64,000 nucleotides of DNA from a virus: IMG/VR virus record IMGVR_UViG_3300047557_002951, positions 95,557 to 159,556 of that record. One strand, given 5' to 3'. A program made the position numbers and the translations under genes. The notes under the pieces were generated by a model. It did no database searches. It saw only the letters and a list, made by a program, of their open reading frames with translations, and had not been told where the DNA came from. Positions 17,127-27,038 of this stretch are shown here, in pieces (position 1 is the stretch's first letter; every line of letters begins with the position of its first letter).

Positions 17127-17233
17127 TCAACCAACAATACTATCTCTCCACTCTTCACTCATATTCACCATAATTGCTTCTGCTGCTTCTGGGGTTTCAG
17201 CATATCAGTATAAAACATATTAGTATTTTTCAT
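17127..17233 (-). pseudogene. deletion chimera: gene start (MKNTNMFYT) joined out of frame to the C-terminus of a repeated-domain protein (YAETPEAAEAIMVNMSEEWRDSIVG)
   Basis: Second part closely matches the domain in 36752..37123; frames do not join. Confidence 0.6.
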
Positions 17234-17242
17234 CTGCTCTTA

Positions 17243-17340
17243 AATTGGTTCGCAATACTATTTATAAAAGAAAAGAGGGCATTTCTGCCCTCCAATCTCT
17301 ACCTTAAAGATGCGAACCAATTAAGGCATCATTATTTATA
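17243..17340 (-). ncRNA. late promoter / small RNA / terminator / late promoter cassette, copy 1
   Basis: Shares scaffold with 34744-34837; see findings. Confidence 0.6.
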
Positions 17341-17342
17341 CC

Positions 17343-18809
17343 TTAGAACTTAAAGGTTGTTTGTAAAATTCCTCCCCAATTTGAAGAGTTACCAGCAAGG
17401 CGCTGATTATCACTACCATAAATGATAGCAGGGGTGACGCTGATGTTATCAGACACTTGATACTTGTAGAAGATTTCAAGCATCGTGGACTTCTCAAGGT
17501 TCTCACCAGTAGGAGCTTGACCGATAGCAACACCAGCAGAGTTACCATCAACAAATACATCATCCCAAGTGAGACCAGCAAACCAGGACTGACTATTGGT
17601 AGCATCACTTTGGGTGCCACTTACAGTGTTCCAACCATAACCACCAGAGATGGAGGGAACCCAACCAGATTGGGTTGGTTGCCAGTAAGCGTTGATAGCA
17701 TAACCGTTGGAAGTTTGACCAGGAACAAGAGTTCCAGAAGCGCCGTTCAGACCGTTGTAGGTACGAACACGAGTGCCTTCAGTACCATAACGATAACCGA
17801 AAGCAGCACCCCAGTTAGTACCACGATAACCGATTTGTGCCAGAGTATTCAGAGCACCAGAACGGTCAAACTCACCAGTGGAACTATCACTGCCGTTTTG
17901 GGCAACATAGTTTACGCCAGCAACAAGACCTGTGCTCTTGCCATATTGAATGCCGAAACCAGAACCAACTGCCTTGTTATAAACACCAGGAGCACCTGCT
18001 ACTTGGAAGAAGTCAAGAATCTTGGAGTTATATGCCGAAGGAATCCAAGAGATTTCAGTATTACGAACCAGAGCGCCAGCAGTAATAGTGGTGGTGTTAT
18101 TAAACGCAGGGAATGAATAGTACAGACGATCGATAACTACATTGTTGCCAACTTCACTAGAAGTGTTATCTGCTTTATCTAGTTTGAAGATTGAAGAACT
18201 GGAACCGAAAGGATTGCTGCTAAAGTTGGCAGAACGCAAACGAGTACGAAGTAGATCCTTACCAGTGAATGAAGTATCCAGGTTCAGACGCAGATCGTAG
18301 TTAAATGCGGTGTGAGTGATATCACCATCTTTGGTCTGGTAGTTATCAACACCACCGATTACGAAGTTTGCTTCACCACGCAGTTTGGTAGTAGTGGAGA
18401 ACTGTTGTGCTTCAAGTGTAGTGACTTGTGCTTCCAGACCATCTACACGACCTTTGAGAACTGTAAGTTCTTGTGCGAATTCTGCCTGAAGACGCTTAAG
18501 TTCATCAGTAACTTCAGTCACGCGGTCAAGGCAAGCATTCAGAAGTGCTGCTGCCTCATAACGAGTCATAGCACGAGCACCACGGAAGGTGCCGTTAGGA
18601 TAACCAGCAACGCAACCATAACGCTCTACGAGGTTGCTAAGTGCTTGATATGCCCAATCAGTTGGTTGGACATCAGAAAATTGTGTAATACTTGTGACCT
18701 GTTCTTGTGAATATTGATTTACTCCAGATGTAAGGTCAGCAGCCATCGCTGCAGGAGCAACAATACCTAGAGCAACAGGTGCAAGCATCAGTTGTTGAAA
18801 AAATTTCAT
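17343..18809 (-). CDS. cyanobacterial outer-membrane porin (SLH + OprB, Som family)
   Basis: FSDVQPTDWAYQAL SLH domain, FSTTTKLRGE, C-terminal TTFKF. Confidence 0.93.
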   Translation of the reverse strand: MKFFQQLMLAPVALGIVAPAAMAADLTSGVNQYSQEQVTSITQFSDVQPTDWAYQALSNLVERYGCVAGYPNGTFRGARAMTRYEAAALLNACLDRVTEVTDELKRLQAEFAQELTVLKGRVDGLEAQVTTLEAQQFSTTTKLRGEANFVIGGVDNYQTKDGDITHTAFNYDLRLNLDTSFTGKDLLRTRLRSANFSSNPFGSSSSIFKLDKADNTSSEVGNNVVIDRLYYSFPAFNNTTTITAGALVRNTEISWIPSAYNSKILDFFQVAGAPGVYNKAVGSGFGIQYGKSTGLVAGVNYVAQNGSDSSTGEFDRSGALNTLAQIGYRGTNWGAAFGYRYGTEGTRVRTYNGLNGASGTLVPGQTSNGYAINAYWQPTQSGWVPSISGGYGWNTVSGTQSDATNSQSWFAGLTWDDVFVDGNSAGVAIGQAPTGENLEKSTMLEIFYKYQVSDNISVTPAIIYGSDNQRLAGNSSNWGGILQTTFKF

Positions 18810-18903
18810 AGAAATATTTTTGTTTGTTCTATAGGACAAAAAGTTAAGAATTACAACAGAATTCCCAACCGAGTATTTATTATAGGACGGTTCTCAAAAT
18901 TTG

Positions 18904-19710
18904 TCAAGCGTCCGACTTAGATGGTTCGGTAATCCGACCAAGATAAGGATCAAAGGAAGTAATTTGATCCACTGTGAAATTGGCACCTCTTTGATGCCAA
19001 AAATTTCTAATTCCATCATGACTATTACGATGAAAAATATCAATATGATCGGGATGAATGGATGAGCCAAGTTCAATTTTATAGAGAAAAATTGGAGTGG
19101 CATAAGTACACCCAGAATTATAAATCAAATCATCGGCTACTGGACGAGGCTTTACTCCATTATCAAGTTTATACTTATCTCCACGAATATGATACTTTAT
19201 AAGTTTTTCTGCATGATGTCTCGTAATGACATAACAAGCCGTTGAGAAATCATTAACAAATCTTGTATGAATTGGCACTACAATATCGCCAGTACAAATG
19301 ATGGCAAGTTGAATGACATCCCAACAATAGGGAACTTTAGCAATAAAATCAGACCAAGTGAAATTCCAACAGTGTGCAAGACTCATATCACAATCATCTT
19401 CCATAATAATCGCATAAGGACTATCAGAAGTATTATACCAATGATTAATTGCTTTCAAATGTGATGTAACACACCCAATTTCACCAGATGTCATCATATC
19501 TGGGTACTTACCTTTAATAACATCACTCAAATCATCATCTCTACCATCATGCGCAGAAATTCTCATATAATTTTCAATTTCCCAGTGTTTAAACTGAGAT
19601 TCCATGTATTCCCATCTTTCTGGTTGATCGTCCAGATTAATACAATAAACTGGACCAAAATTTTTTAGTTTATGTACAGATTTATTTTTTTCCATTAGAT
19701 TGTCATCCAT
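18904..19710 (-). CDS. glycosyltransferase family 25
   Basis: YCINLD...ER, GEIGCVTSH, IIMEDD. Confidence 0.85.
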   Translation of the reverse strand: MDDNLMEKNKSVHKLKNFGPVYCINLDDQPERWEYMESQFKHWEIENYMRISAHDGRDDDLSDVIKGKYPDMMTSGEIGCVTSHLKAINHWYNTSDSPYAIIMEDDCDMSLAHCWNFTWSDFIAKVPYCWDVIQLAIICTGDIVVPIHTRFVNDFSTACYVITRHHAEKLIKYHIRGDKYKLDNGVKPRPVADDLIYNSGCTYATPIFLYKIELGSSIHPDHIDIFHRNSHDGIRNFWHQRGANFTVDQITSFDPYLGRITEPSKSDA

Positions 19711-20501
19711 CTTTCAGGTATTAGATCCTTTGTATTTTTATTGGAGTTACCTTCTCCAAACCATTTTATTGGTGCAATTACTTTATCTGAATTTGCAAGC
19801 CAAGCCCCCCACCAAGAAAATGAAGAGTTTGCAATAATATGATATGTACACAATGTCATAAGACAAAGATCGACATAATGATCCTGAGATTCGGAGATCA
19901 TAAAACGATCAGAATCAAATAAACTTTGCTCTTTGCACCATTCAACATCATCAGAAAAAACTATCACTGGAATTTCAGAATCAAATGATTTTAATGCTTC
20001 TTCATAATAATCCAAATCAAGAGTAGTATGATTTGGATTTTTAAGATAATCAGTTCTCCTCACATGTAAACTAATTGCATCACCAACAGATTCCATCATA
20101 TCTTTACATGGTTGTAAAATATGATCCCGAAAAGAAAAATCTTCTCTAATTTCAGATTCGATGTGTTTAAAATATTTCTCAGACTGAAAAAATCCAGCAA
20201 GGCTAATTTCATCTGGACACATATTGAAAAGAATTTCATCGAAATGAAAATGTCTTTCTTCTGCTATCGGTGCATATCCTCGGTCAAGTAGTTTAGTATT
20301 GCGCGGAAGAACATTAATCATATTGAACGCATCAAACAATTCAATCTTCATATCAAATCCATAAGGATCTTTAATGATATGATCATGTCTTGGAATACAA
20401 AAATCGTATCCACGATTTCTAGCAATACCTCGCAATGATGCATATTGAAACATCTGATTTCCAAGTCTGCCAAGTTGCCCTAAATGATTAAATGCCAACA
20501 T
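19695..20501 (-). CDS. GT11 alpha-1,2-fucosyltransferase-like
   Basis: GRLGNQMFQYA, HVRRTDY, IIANSSFSWWGAWL. Confidence 0.92.
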   Translation of the reverse strand: MLAFNHLGQLGRLGNQMFQYASLRGIARNRGYDFCIPRHDHIIKDPYGFDMKIELFDAFNMINVLPRNTKLLDRGYAPIAEERHFHFDEILFNMCPDEISLAGFFQSEKYFKHIESEIREDFSFRDHILQPCKDMMESVGDAISLHVRRTDYLKNPNHTTLDLDYYEEALKSFDSEIPVIVFSDDVEWCKEQSLFDSDRFMISESQDHYVDLCLMTLCTYHIIANSSFSWWGAWLANSDKVIAPIKWFGEGNSNKNTKDLIPERWMTI

Positions 20502-21315
20502 TTAATTGTCTCCTCAATTTCTTTACATATTTTTGTTGCTCATAATAATTCACTAATCTTTCTTTGTCCCAAGTTCGTATTGAGTTCCACAAGTTAAAAT
20601 TATCCTGCCATTTTGGATTATTATAATGTGAATTGAAAGTTCTTGCATGTTCAAAATGATACCCATAGTTATTAACTCTGCCAACTTTGAGTCCCATTAC
20701 TTGTATTCTATACAAAAATTCACAATCTTCGGGTCCCCAAGACATAAAATTTTCATTCCAAAAATAAGAATCAATTTCAGATTGTTTTCTTATCATTTGT
20801 CCCCACCCCATTACAGATGTACCCAAACGACAACTATCATTAAGTATTTCTAAGTTGAAATTAGATTGAATAAATTTTTCAAGCAATTCGTCAGAATGAT
20901 TTACATGAAGTTGATAAGCACCAACCCCATAAGTATAAACAGCATCATAATTTTGGGTAGTTATCATATGATATGCCTTATGATAACTTGATACTGGAAA
21001 TACTATATCAACATCGTAATTATAAACAATATCAGTATTTGCTTCAAGTAACAAATTGTTTAAAACTTTAGTTTTGTGAAAAAATGAATTCTCATCGCAA
21101 TTAAATATATGTCTCAGATTTATTGGTTCTTTCCCAAAAATATTTTTGATATTTGGTAGTACATTTTGAGAATATATAGACTGTTTATCAGATTCATAAA
21201 CAATAATTTTTGATTCTGGAAAATTATACAAAAGATAAGAAATCGATGTAATTATATTTCTCAATCGGTCATTAGATTCTATCCTACACGGCATTAAAAA
21301 TGTTAAATTTTTCAT
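20488..21315 (-). CDS. GT-A glycosyltransferase (GT2/GT7-like)
   Basis: DVD motif, ENFMSWGPEDCE. Confidence 0.8.
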   Translation of the reverse strand: MKNLTFLMPCRIESNDRLRNIITSISYLLYNFPESKIIVYESDKQSIYSQNVLPNIKNIFGKEPINLRHIFNCDENSFFHKTKVLNNLLLEANTDIVYNYDVDIVFPVSSYHKAYHMITTQNYDAVYTYGVGAYQLHVNHSDELLEKFIQSNFNLEILNDSCRLGTSVMGWGQMIRKQSEIDSYFWNENFMSWGPEDCEFLYRIQVMGLKVGRVNNYGYHFEHARTFNSHYNNPKWQDNFNLWNSIRTWDKERLVNYYEQQKYVKKLRRQLNVGI

Positions 21316-21327
21316 TTTACTAACACA

Positions 21328-22170
21328 TTAAAAATTTATTTTTGTCCATTGACTTGGAATTAAATCTTTAGTATCCAAAAAAGATTGGTTTCTTCCAAAC
21401 CAAATTGATGGTGCAATTACAGTCTTATTTTCATTTTCACTCAGCCATGCCCCCCACCAACTAAAAGAACTATTGGCAATAATGTGATCACTACAATTAG
21501 ATATTAAACAAAGATCAAAGTGTGCTTTCATAATACTATCAGATACAAAATCATTTATAATAAAATTTTCTCCGCTGAAAATTTTTTGATTTTTGCACCA
21601 TTCTACATCATTTGAACAAATTATATAAGTTCTATCTTTACCCATGAAATCAATAGATTTTTTGTAATAATCCATCGGTAAATTATAATGATTGTTCTCT
21701 ACTCCCGGATAATCATAAGTGTCGGAAAATCTACGAATAACAATTGATATGGGATCATATTTTAAATATTCACCAAAAACAGCATTGACTTCATCTAAAA
21801 TGTTTGACTTGAAAGTAAAATCTTTTCTAATTTCACTTTTTGCATTTTGAAAATATTTTTCAGTTTCGAAATATCCTTTGAGAGTTACATTATCTGGACA
21901 CTCATTAAAAAGTTCTTCACAAAATTCATACTGATGTAATTCAACTTCATCACCATCAATATAACCAAATCTATCACCAAGATAATTCATCCCAAAACAA
22001 TGATGGAGTTGGTGATGCGTTGAAATTGCATTACCAAAATTTGTAGCATCCTTATGATTGGGTATGCAGAAATCATAATTCATATTCTTTGCAATCCCAA
22101 CAAGAGATGCATATTGAAACATTTGATTTCCAAGTCTTCCATTTTTACCAAGTATGTTCATCCCAATCAT
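21328..22170 (-). CDS. GT11 alpha-1,2-fucosyltransferase-like
   Basis: GRLGNQMFQYA, IIANSSFSWWGAWL; divergent donor motif IVIRRFSD. Confidence 0.88.
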   Translation of the reverse strand: MIGMNILGKNGRLGNQMFQYASLVGIAKNMNYDFCIPNHKDATNFGNAISTHHQLHHCFGMNYLGDRFGYIDGDEVELHQYEFCEELFNECPDNVTLKGYFETEKYFQNAKSEIRKDFTFKSNILDEVNAVFGEYLKYDPISIVIRRFSDTYDYPGVENNHYNLPMDYYKKSIDFMGKDRTYIICSNDVEWCKNQKIFSGENFIINDFVSDSIMKAHFDLCLISNCSDHIIANSSFSWWGAWLSENENKTVIAPSIWFGRNQSFLDTKDLIPSQWTKINF

Positions 22171-23027
22171 TCAATCATCTCCCATTCATTCGGAATTATA
22201 TCTGCCATATCATAATGGCTATACATTGGACCAAACCAATTATTATAATGTGGAGAGATTATTTGTTTATTTTCATTTTTTATTAGCCATGCCCCCCACC
22301 AACTTAAAGAACTATTAGCTATAATTCCACCTTTACACATAGACATTAAACACAAATCATAAAATGGAACTAAAGGATACTCCATAGCACCATCTCCCAC
22401 TTGAACTTTTTGGTTAAATTTTACTTCATTTTCCGATATAAAAAATCTATCTGGCTTAAATATATCTTGCTTTTTGCACCAATTAGAGTCATCAGATAAG
22501 ACAATAACAGAAAGATTAGAATCAAATCTATCTAAAGCTTTTTTATAATATGATTCACTTAAAAGAGGATGATATTCTTGTACCCTAACGTAATCACCTC
22601 TCCTCACATGTAAAAATATTGCATCACCAATTTCATCCATTACTTCCAAACAAGAAGATTTAATATCATCATTAAATTCATAATCTTCTCTAATTTCATC
22701 AGAAATGTGTCTAAAATATTTTTCAGTCTGAAAGAATCCACTGATATCTACATTATCTGGACAAGTATCAAAAAAATTTTCATCAAAGTTAAATTTTTTA
22801 ATTTCATACAATTTACACTCACTACCATTAAATCCCTTATTTTTTTCACTGACATTAGTCATCTGAAATGATTCAAATAAACAGTATTTTGTCTTTCCAA
22901 TGTGATTTTCCGGAGGCACTAAAAAATCAAACCCTCGATTTGCCGCAATTCCACGAAGAGAAGCATATTGAAACATTTGATTTCCCATTCTACCGGTTGA
23001 GCCAAGTCCATTATAACTTATCGCCAT
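22167..23027 (-). CDS. GT11 alpha-1,2-fucosyltransferase-like
   Basis: GRMGNQMFQYA, HVRRGDY, IIANSSLSWWGAWL. Confidence 0.92.
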   Translation of the reverse strand: MAISYNGLGSTGRMGNQMFQYASLRGIAANRGFDFLVPPENHIGKTKYCLFESFQMTNVSEKNKGFNGSECKLYEIKKFNFDENFFDTCPDNVDISGFFQTEKYFRHISDEIREDYEFNDDIKSSCLEVMDEIGDAIFLHVRRGDYVRVQEYHPLLSESYYKKALDRFDSNLSVIVLSDDSNWCKKQDIFKPDRFFISENEVKFNQKVQVGDGAMEYPLVPFYDLCLMSMCKGGIIANSSLSWWGAWLIKNENKQIISPHYNNWFGPMYSHYDMADIIPNEWEMIE

Positions 23028-23844
23028 TATTTCCACCCAAATAAGTTTTGTAAATGTAATCTTCATTGATCAGAAAATTCTTGACTATTTCTAGATTTTC
23101 TTTCACCGCATCTATTTTAGCATAATATAAATCAGGCGTCAAGCTAGAAATATCAAAATCTTCTGTTAGTGAAATGATGCCATCTGGATTAAAAAATTTT
23201 CCAATATCTGGTGATCCATAATAAATTGGGATAGTTCCAGTCGCAAAACAGTCTTGAATTTTTTCAGTAAAGTAAGACTCATATGAAGCATTCTCGATTG
23301 CGACAGAAAACATATAGTCTTTTAGTCCTTCCTCTTTAGATTGAATCTCATCAAATCCTCTGCCATAAAAATCAACTTTACCTTGAAGTTTTTGTGCCCA
23401 TGATAAACGATATTGATGACCATTGCACATTAACTTATTAGAGCATATCATTGAGACCAGCTTTGTTTTCTCATATAGTTGTGATTCAGTAATCCAGGTA
23501 CCATAAAGAGGAGCAAATTTAAATTTACGATGAAGTTGAAGTAGTTCTTGATTATGAGTAAAAATATAATCAAATACTCTTACATAATGAAGATAATTGC
23601 TTTTAACATCATCAATGACTTGTGGTTTGATGTCTTTTGATTCTAACAGCCACGCATATTTCTTTTTACTTGTTCCGTCATCAAATGCCAAGCCAATGTA
23701 TTCATCTACATAAAAAGTTTCTTCCGCCCCAGAATCTACCCATTCAATGAATTTGGATTCTTGCTTGTGAATAGATGATGCTTTATTCCAATTGTGATAG
23801 TTATTAAAACCACCACCAACTAAATTGTATTGTTTTTTATCCAT
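23011..23844 (-). CDS. GT10 alpha-1,3-fucosyltransferase-like
   Basis: YMFSVAIENASYESYFTEKIQDCFATGTIPIYYG. Confidence 0.85.
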   Translation of the reverse strand: MDKKQYNLVGGGFNNYHNWNKASSIHKQESKFIEWVDSGAEETFYVDEYIGLAFDDGTSKKKYAWLLESKDIKPQVIDDVKSNYLHYVRVFDYIFTHNQELLQLHRKFKFAPLYGTWITESQLYEKTKLVSMICSNKLMCNGHQYRLSWAQKLQGKVDFYGRGFDEIQSKEEGLKDYMFSVAIENASYESYFTEKIQDCFATGTIPIYYGSPDIGKFFNPDGIISLTEDFDISSLTPDLYYAKIDAVKENLEIVKNFLINEDYIYKTYLGGNNGDKL

Positions 23845-23867
23845 ATATAATGAAAATGAATTGTGTC

Positions 23868-24548
23868 ATGAAAGTTATATCGTTTTCCTTATGGGGAGAT
23901 AATCCAAAGTACACTATTGGAGCAATTAAAAACTCACAGCTCAAAGAAAAATTCTACCCGGATTGGAAAATGTGGGTTTACCACGATAGTTCTGTTCCTC
24001 CTTATATATTAGAAGAATTACAAAGGAATAATGTACAATTGATAAAGAAAAAAAATCAAAGTCATTCTAATGCGATGTGGAGGTTTGCTCCAGCATCAAA
24101 TAAGGCGATTGATTGCTTCATATCAAGAGATTGCGACTCTCGTTTGTTTGAAAGAGATGTTGCCGCAGTGAATGAATGGATAGAATCAGATAAAAAATTT
24201 CATATCATTCGTGATCATCCCGGTGGCCATGCATGGGAAATCAGCGCAGGAATGTGGGGCTGTAAAAAAGGATTTATAGAAAATATTGAAAATAAGATAG
24301 AACATTATATTAAGACAAGTTCTTGGATTTCCGATAGAGCAGTAGACCAAAGATTTTTACAAGAAGTAATTTACCCACAAGCAGTCGCAAGTCTTTTTCT
24401 TCATGATGAATATTTTAATTATGAAAAAATCGGCACTCCAATTAAAAGAGATCGTAAACTCGACAACTTTGCATTCATTGGAGAACCATTTGATGAGAAT
24501 AATAATCAGTTATCAAATCACCGGGATATGATCATTCAAAGATATTGA
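23868..24548 (+). CDS. putative glycosyltransferase (opposite orientation)
   Basis: SFSLWGDNPKY, WRF, SRDCDSR, IIRDHP, AGMWG, DQRFL. Confidence 0.65.
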   Translation: MKVISFSLWGDNPKYTIGAIKNSQLKEKFYPDWKMWVYHDSSVPPYILEELQRNNVQLIKKKNQSHSNAMWRFAPASNKAIDCFISRDCDSRLFERDVAAVNEWIESDKKFHIIRDHPGGHAWEISAGMWGCKKGFIENIENKIEHYIKTSSWISDRAVDQRFLQEVIYPQAVASLFLHDEYFNYEKIGTPIKRDRKLDNFAFIGEPFDENNNQLSNHRDMIIQRY

Positions 24549-25243
24549 AGACTTTCTGGGAGAATTTGTTGCCTGTAAAGAGAAAGATTCTTTTCGTATA
24601 GTTGTTTATCCGATTGATATGGGATGGCGACTTTATTTACCGGCAAAGAACACACTTTAATGTGCCTCAAATCTTTAACTTTATATCCAAAAGAATAAGC
24701 ACGATATGACATATCACCATCGGCATAATAATATTGATATTCTGGATTATACATTCCTATTTCTCTGAAGATTTTCTTCCTGTATAATCCATAATTCATC
24801 ACAATTTCTCCACCAGAGTTTGCCACATTACATAAACACCATCCAGATGTATGATCTGTACCATTCAGCCAATTGGAATCTTTAGTTTCCCCAAATGATC
24901 CATATTTCCAGTTAAAAAGATAAAAGTCGTCATTTGACCGTGCCTCAAGAATTACATCCGACCAATCATTACACAAAATAACATCATCATTCCATTGACA
25001 TATTATTTCATATGTAGATTCCCGAATGCCAATATTCATAAAATGTGGGTAAGAACTTCTACCACCAATTTCAATCAATTTAATTTTAGGGTGATTAAGT
25101 TGCTTGACATAATCTATAGTTCCATCTGTACTTCCACCATCTACTAAAACAAGTTCCAATCTATCATCAGAAAGAACTGTGTTTGCAATTAAATTGGGAA
25201 GCATCCCCACACGATTTAATGTGCCGGTTACAATACTAATCAT
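24536..25243 (-). CDS. glycosyltransferase family 2
   Basis: ISIV...LVDGGSTDGT, NDD. Confidence 0.9.
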   Translation of the reverse strand: MISIVTGTLNRVGMLPNLIANTVLSDDRLELVLVDGGSTDGTIDYVKQLNHPKIKLIEIGGRSSYPHFMNIGIRESTYEIICQWNDDVILCNDWSDVILEARSNDDFYLFNWKYGSFGETKDSNWLNGTDHTSGWCLCNVANSGGEIVMNYGLYRKKIFREIGMYNPEYQYYYADGDMSYRAYSFGYKVKDLRHIKVCSLPVNKVAIPYQSDKQLYEKNLSLYRQQILPESLQYL

Positions 25244-26013
25244 TTGTTTAAGTAATCTATGAAATCAAAATTATTTGCACCAATTATTAGTGCCAATAGA
25301 CTAACATTTGAAAAACTATACAAAAAGTTATTACAGTTCGAAAGTAAATAAACGCTAGATAACACTTCTTCATTTACTTTAGAACGATTGGAGCAATGAT
25401 GATGAATTGATTTGGATCCACTACTTATTTGGAGTGTGTCGTCATAAATAATTCGATTGCCATATCTATCCAATAAACAATCAAGGTAATATTTGTCATC
25501 AGTAGCAACAAATATTTTTTCACTTTCAATGGAATCAATCAATCTAAAAATGTTATCGGATTTTATCTCAGGAAGTTCTTGTTTTTTATCTGTACCTCTT
25601 ATCTGAACACCCAAAGTATTTTTATCGATTCCTAAGTTTTTTTTCTTCTTCTCAAACTTTTCCAAATATTCGTGTTTAATTTTGAGAATGTTATTGTAAA
25701 CTTTATTTTTAATTTTCAGATTATCAATATTTGCAGGAGTGTGTGCATTATATTCTCCCTGATAAATTTGATTAGAAAAATATCTTTCCAACCACCAAGA
25801 TCCTATGTCATATGTTTTATTTGTTTTTGGAGAAATATTATCAAATAAATTTAAAGTCTGACTTTCAGATATTTCGATATTAAAGTTGCCATTCACAATA
25901 TAATGCTCAAGAGCCATATCAATAATTCCACACACAATAGAACAAAAACCTTTATATGGATAATTAAACCTTGAGTCGGAATATGATATGTAACCGGTCT
26001 CAGTCAATTCCAA
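25240..26013 (-). CDS. NodZ/GT23-like (alpha-1,6/O-) fucosyltransferase
   Basis: LGVQIRGTDK, IFVATDD, LSNC...SNVS. Confidence 0.7.
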   Translation of the reverse strand: MELTETGYISYSDSRFNYPYKGFCSIVCGIIDMALEHYIVNGNFNIEISESQTLNLFDNISPKTNKTYDIGSWWLERYFSNQIYQGEYNAHTPANIDNLKIKNKVYNNILKIKHEYLEKFEKKKKNLGIDKNTLGVQIRGTDKKQELPEIKSDNIFRLIDSIESEKIFVATDDKYYLDCLLDRYGNRIIYDDTLQISSGSKSIHHHCSNRSKVNEEVLSSVYLLSNCNNFLYSFSNVSLLALIIGANNFDFIDYLNK

Positions 26014-26701
26014 TTACCTCATTAAGACCTTTCGAATGAATTGATGTAGGATAATTTCTGACATAATTATGCCTATAAATTTTTGGTTTATTCATTTTAT
26101 ACGAATTAACCATATCCAGAAATCCAGTTTGCATCATATGAATTTCTTCAGCATTCTCAAGTAGTTTGATATAATCAAACATTTTGAATTGAAAATCATT
26201 ACGAATTACTTTATATTCATCCATAACTTTAGTCATGTCAATATTGTATCCTCTTTTGGGGTCATCCAATACAAAGATATATTTTTCCCCATCAGGATTT
26301 AGAGTTTTGCAGACTTCTTCTTCTTTTTCCAAATCTCTTTCAAAATAAAACTCATCAAATCTAATTTGAAAATCAAGATTTGCAAGATGATAGAATGCTT
26401 CATCAAAGGTCATTCTATCTAAACAACTATCCAAATTCTGGAATCCAGGTTTAATCAAATTATTTTTGACAGTACTATTATTCTCAACGAATCTAATAGC
26501 ATCCCCTTCAACATCAAAATTGAAAATTTCTAGATTGTCCAAATCACGATACATATAACTCACATTATCATAGTAATGTGTATAGCAAAAGAGAACTATA
26601 TTATCGTATTTTTTACAAAAATGGCGTACCATACCATTGCAAATAATATGGTCTCCAAGTCCTAGATGGTGGTGAATATACTTGAGTGACATATCACTCA
26701 A
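26000..26701 (-). CDS. putative GT-B glycosyltransferase
   Basis: HHHLGLGDHII N-terminal motif; island context. Confidence 0.55.
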   Translation of the reverse strand: MSDMSLKYIHHHLGLGDHIICNGMVRHFCKKYDNIVLFCYTHYYDNVSYMYRDLDNLEIFNFDVEGDAIRFVENNSTVKNNLIKPGFQNLDSCLDRMTFDEAFYHLANLDFQIRFDEFYFERDLEKEEEVCKTLNPDGEKYIFVLDDPKRGYNIDMTKVMDEYKVIRNDFQFKMFDYIKLLENAEEIHMMQTGFLDMVNSYKMNKPKIYRHNYVRNYPTSIHSKGLNEVIGID

Positions 26702-27038
26702 CTCCTTTATAAAGTTTTACAGAATCCTCACGAAGTGTTCTTCCAGTTGCAATAGCATTATCTACAAGAAGATTAACTGCTTGCACTAAACGAGGACGCT
26801 TTACCTTAAAGCAAATATCAATTTTACGCTTCAACTCAGCAACTTCTGTATCAGTCTTTGCTTCCTGAATTGCATCTTCCAACATCCACATACGAGTGTG
26901 AAGAATAGAAAGTTTTTCAATTACTTCACCTAGATTGTCAGTCTCAATGTATTCAACATCAGGAAGTTCTCTGCGAGAAAGAACTTCATCAATAGTTTCT
27001 TTGATGCACTGATCAATTAAATCACCAAACTTACTCAT
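26694..27038 (-). CDS. helical hypothetical protein (DUF4254-like)
   Basis: EKLSIL...MWMLED...RKID motif. Confidence 0.5.
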   Translation of the reverse strand: MSKFGDLIDQCIKETIDEVLSRRELPDVEYIETDNLGEVIEKLSILHTRMWMLEDAIQEAKTDTEVAELKRKIDICFKVKRPRLVQAVNLLVDNAIATGRTLREDSVKLYKGVE

